This document shows, one piece after another, positions 44,455 through 45,599 of a DNA stretch of 45,599 bases. The notes under the pieces are model-generated. The model searched no databases. It saw only the letters and a list, made by a program, of their open reading frames with translations, and had not been told where the DNA came from. Within the stretch, counting starts at the first letter, position 1; every line of letters begins with the position of its first letter. This stretch comes from Alloascoidea hylecoeti (taxonomy: Eukaryota), in the NCBI GenBank assembly GCA_001600815.1, contig BCKZ01000020.1:62001-107599 (forward strand), given 5' to 3'. The position numbers and the translations under genes are program-made.

Positions 44455-44745
44455 ATCCCTCTACGCAATCTTTCTTAAGATAAGACAGGGGTAAGATACC
44501 TGCTATACCAATACTCATTAAGGAATCATGTCACCCCACTTAGAGCCGGGTCAAGACTCAAGATTAAACTGGCTCTTTTCTCTCAGGTACCACTCGTAGT
44601 TCCTGAATCATAATACTCCATGCTCGTATAGTGGCTATACATTAAATATTAATAATTAATAAGGACGCTGGTACTAAATACTAAACGTAAAATGTCATTT
44701 CACATAGATTAGTAGTAATATCTAAAATTTACGTAACATTATAAA
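44455..44745 (+). repeat. Degenerate direct repeat, copy 2 (partner ~39390-39645)
   Basis: See copy 1. Shared blocks ATCCC.CTACG, TCTTA.GATA, CTCAAGA..TGGCT, GTTCCT.AA..CCATGCT.GT, AAGG..GCT..TAC.AAATA.TAAAC.TAAAATGTC. Confidence 0.7.
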
Positions 44746-45285
44746 CCATTTCAAGAACTCAAGAACATCTCAAGGCCTTGAGTACTCAGTTACTGTTTAT
44801 ATAACCTTGCCAGTTTATGTTAGGATGTTAGGATGTTAGGATGTCTTTGTTTTTTTAAACAACTTCGATTTTCTTGCTTTCTCTTACTCCCGGTTCTGCC
44901 TTCTCAGGTCTACTAATGATAATAACACATAACAACAGAAGCCGTACACAAGGGTGCATATGAAAGAATGACACCGAACCGTCAAGAGCCAAGACAGCAA
45001 TTATACAATGAATTGGTTTACTAAGACCAATGGATAATATTCTCCATCCTGGATGCAAATATATATGGATATTTAAGATAATTAGGATGTTCACCAGATA
45101 TCACCTATCCATATAATCTAATACTACTCAAAGTCTCCAGATCCATACAACTCCTATGAACTATCTACAGATGTTCATCTAAATATAGGATTAATAACGG
45201 ATGTAATAAGTCTGGGGTTTGGGTATTTATATATCGACATTTCCTTATTGAATGTCCATAGTCAATATCAACTCTTAGATACAAA

Positions 45286-45599
45286 ATGCACATTTCGTCT
45301 CTCACTTTGATTGCTGCCACCGCTNCAGCCGGAGCTCTTTCTCAATATAATGACAATTCTGCTCTCACTGATGTTGCCCCTTCCGCTCCTGATATGGTTT
45401 CAGTTTTCCCTAGGGAAACAGATGACCGTACCGTAATTGACCTCTCAAAGTCTGTTGCGGATGATGTTGATCCTTCTCCAGACCCAGATACTCCAGATGA
45501 TGGTCCATCTCCAGATCCATCTCCAGATCCATCTCCAGATCCATCTCCAGATCCTTCTCCAGATCCTTCTCCAGATCCATCTCCAGATCCATCTCCAGA
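45286..45599 (+). CDS. 5' part of a putative secreted/cell-surface protein with PSPD repeats (runs off the window)
   Basis: AAAATG context at 45286. Open frame MHISSLTLIAATAXAGALSQYNDNSALTDVAPSAPDMVSVFPRETDDRTVIDLSKSVADDVDPSPDPDTPDDGPSPDPSPD... with a signal-peptide-like N-terminus. TATA-like TATTTATATA ~60 bp upstream. Confidence 0.75.
   Translation, partial: MHISSLTLIAATAXAGALSQYNDNSALTDVAPSAPDMVSVFPRETDDRTVIDLSKSVADDVDPSPDPDTPDDGPSPDPSPDPSPDPSPDPSPDPSPDPSPDPSP
45504..45599 (+). repeat. 12-bp tandem repeat (CCATCTCCAGAT)n, about 8 copies, truncated by the window end
   Basis: Direct reading. The CCA/CCT variation is synonymous (Pro) only in the PSPD frame of the + strand. Confidence 0.95.

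Noticed and set aside
45410..45592. Minus-strand DLEM-repeat ORF, or the terminal repeat as a telomere
   Set aside because: The + frame has an ATG, a signal peptide and synonymous repeat variation, and the repeat grades out of coding sequence.

Overview
AT-rich nuclear DNA of a budding yeast (Saccharomycotina-like gene set). Introns are short (mostly 60-70 nt, GT..CTAAY..AG), and CTG codons fall at hydrophobic conserved positions, consistent with the standard code. Genes in order: TRM13, PEP12/VAM3-type syntaxin (spliced), KRE6/SKN1, cyclophilin CPR1 (spliced), YCF1, an HCNGP/SAP30BP-like gene, a BTB/POZ gene (3 exons), DPB11 (spliced), TPN1, MRN1, a 326-aa orphan ORF, SPE4 (3 exons), a VBA-type MFS transporter, a GLEBS-containing NUP116-like nucleoporin, TPO4, and the 5' end of a secreted PSPD-repeat protein missed by the ORF track. 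Non-genic highlights: an inverted decayed duplicate of the YCF1 3' end plus the YCF1-CPR1 spacer (21.2-24.5 kb), interrupted by Ty3/gypsy relics with a tRNA-Pro primer site; a hAT-like MITE in the TPO4 promoter; two adjacent, apparently inverted arrays of ~23-bp periodic motifs at 38.65-39.19 kb; a degenerate direct repeat flanking TPO4; and two sharp GC-rich islands cutting through coding sequences. All calls come from reading the sequence by eye; no searches were run.
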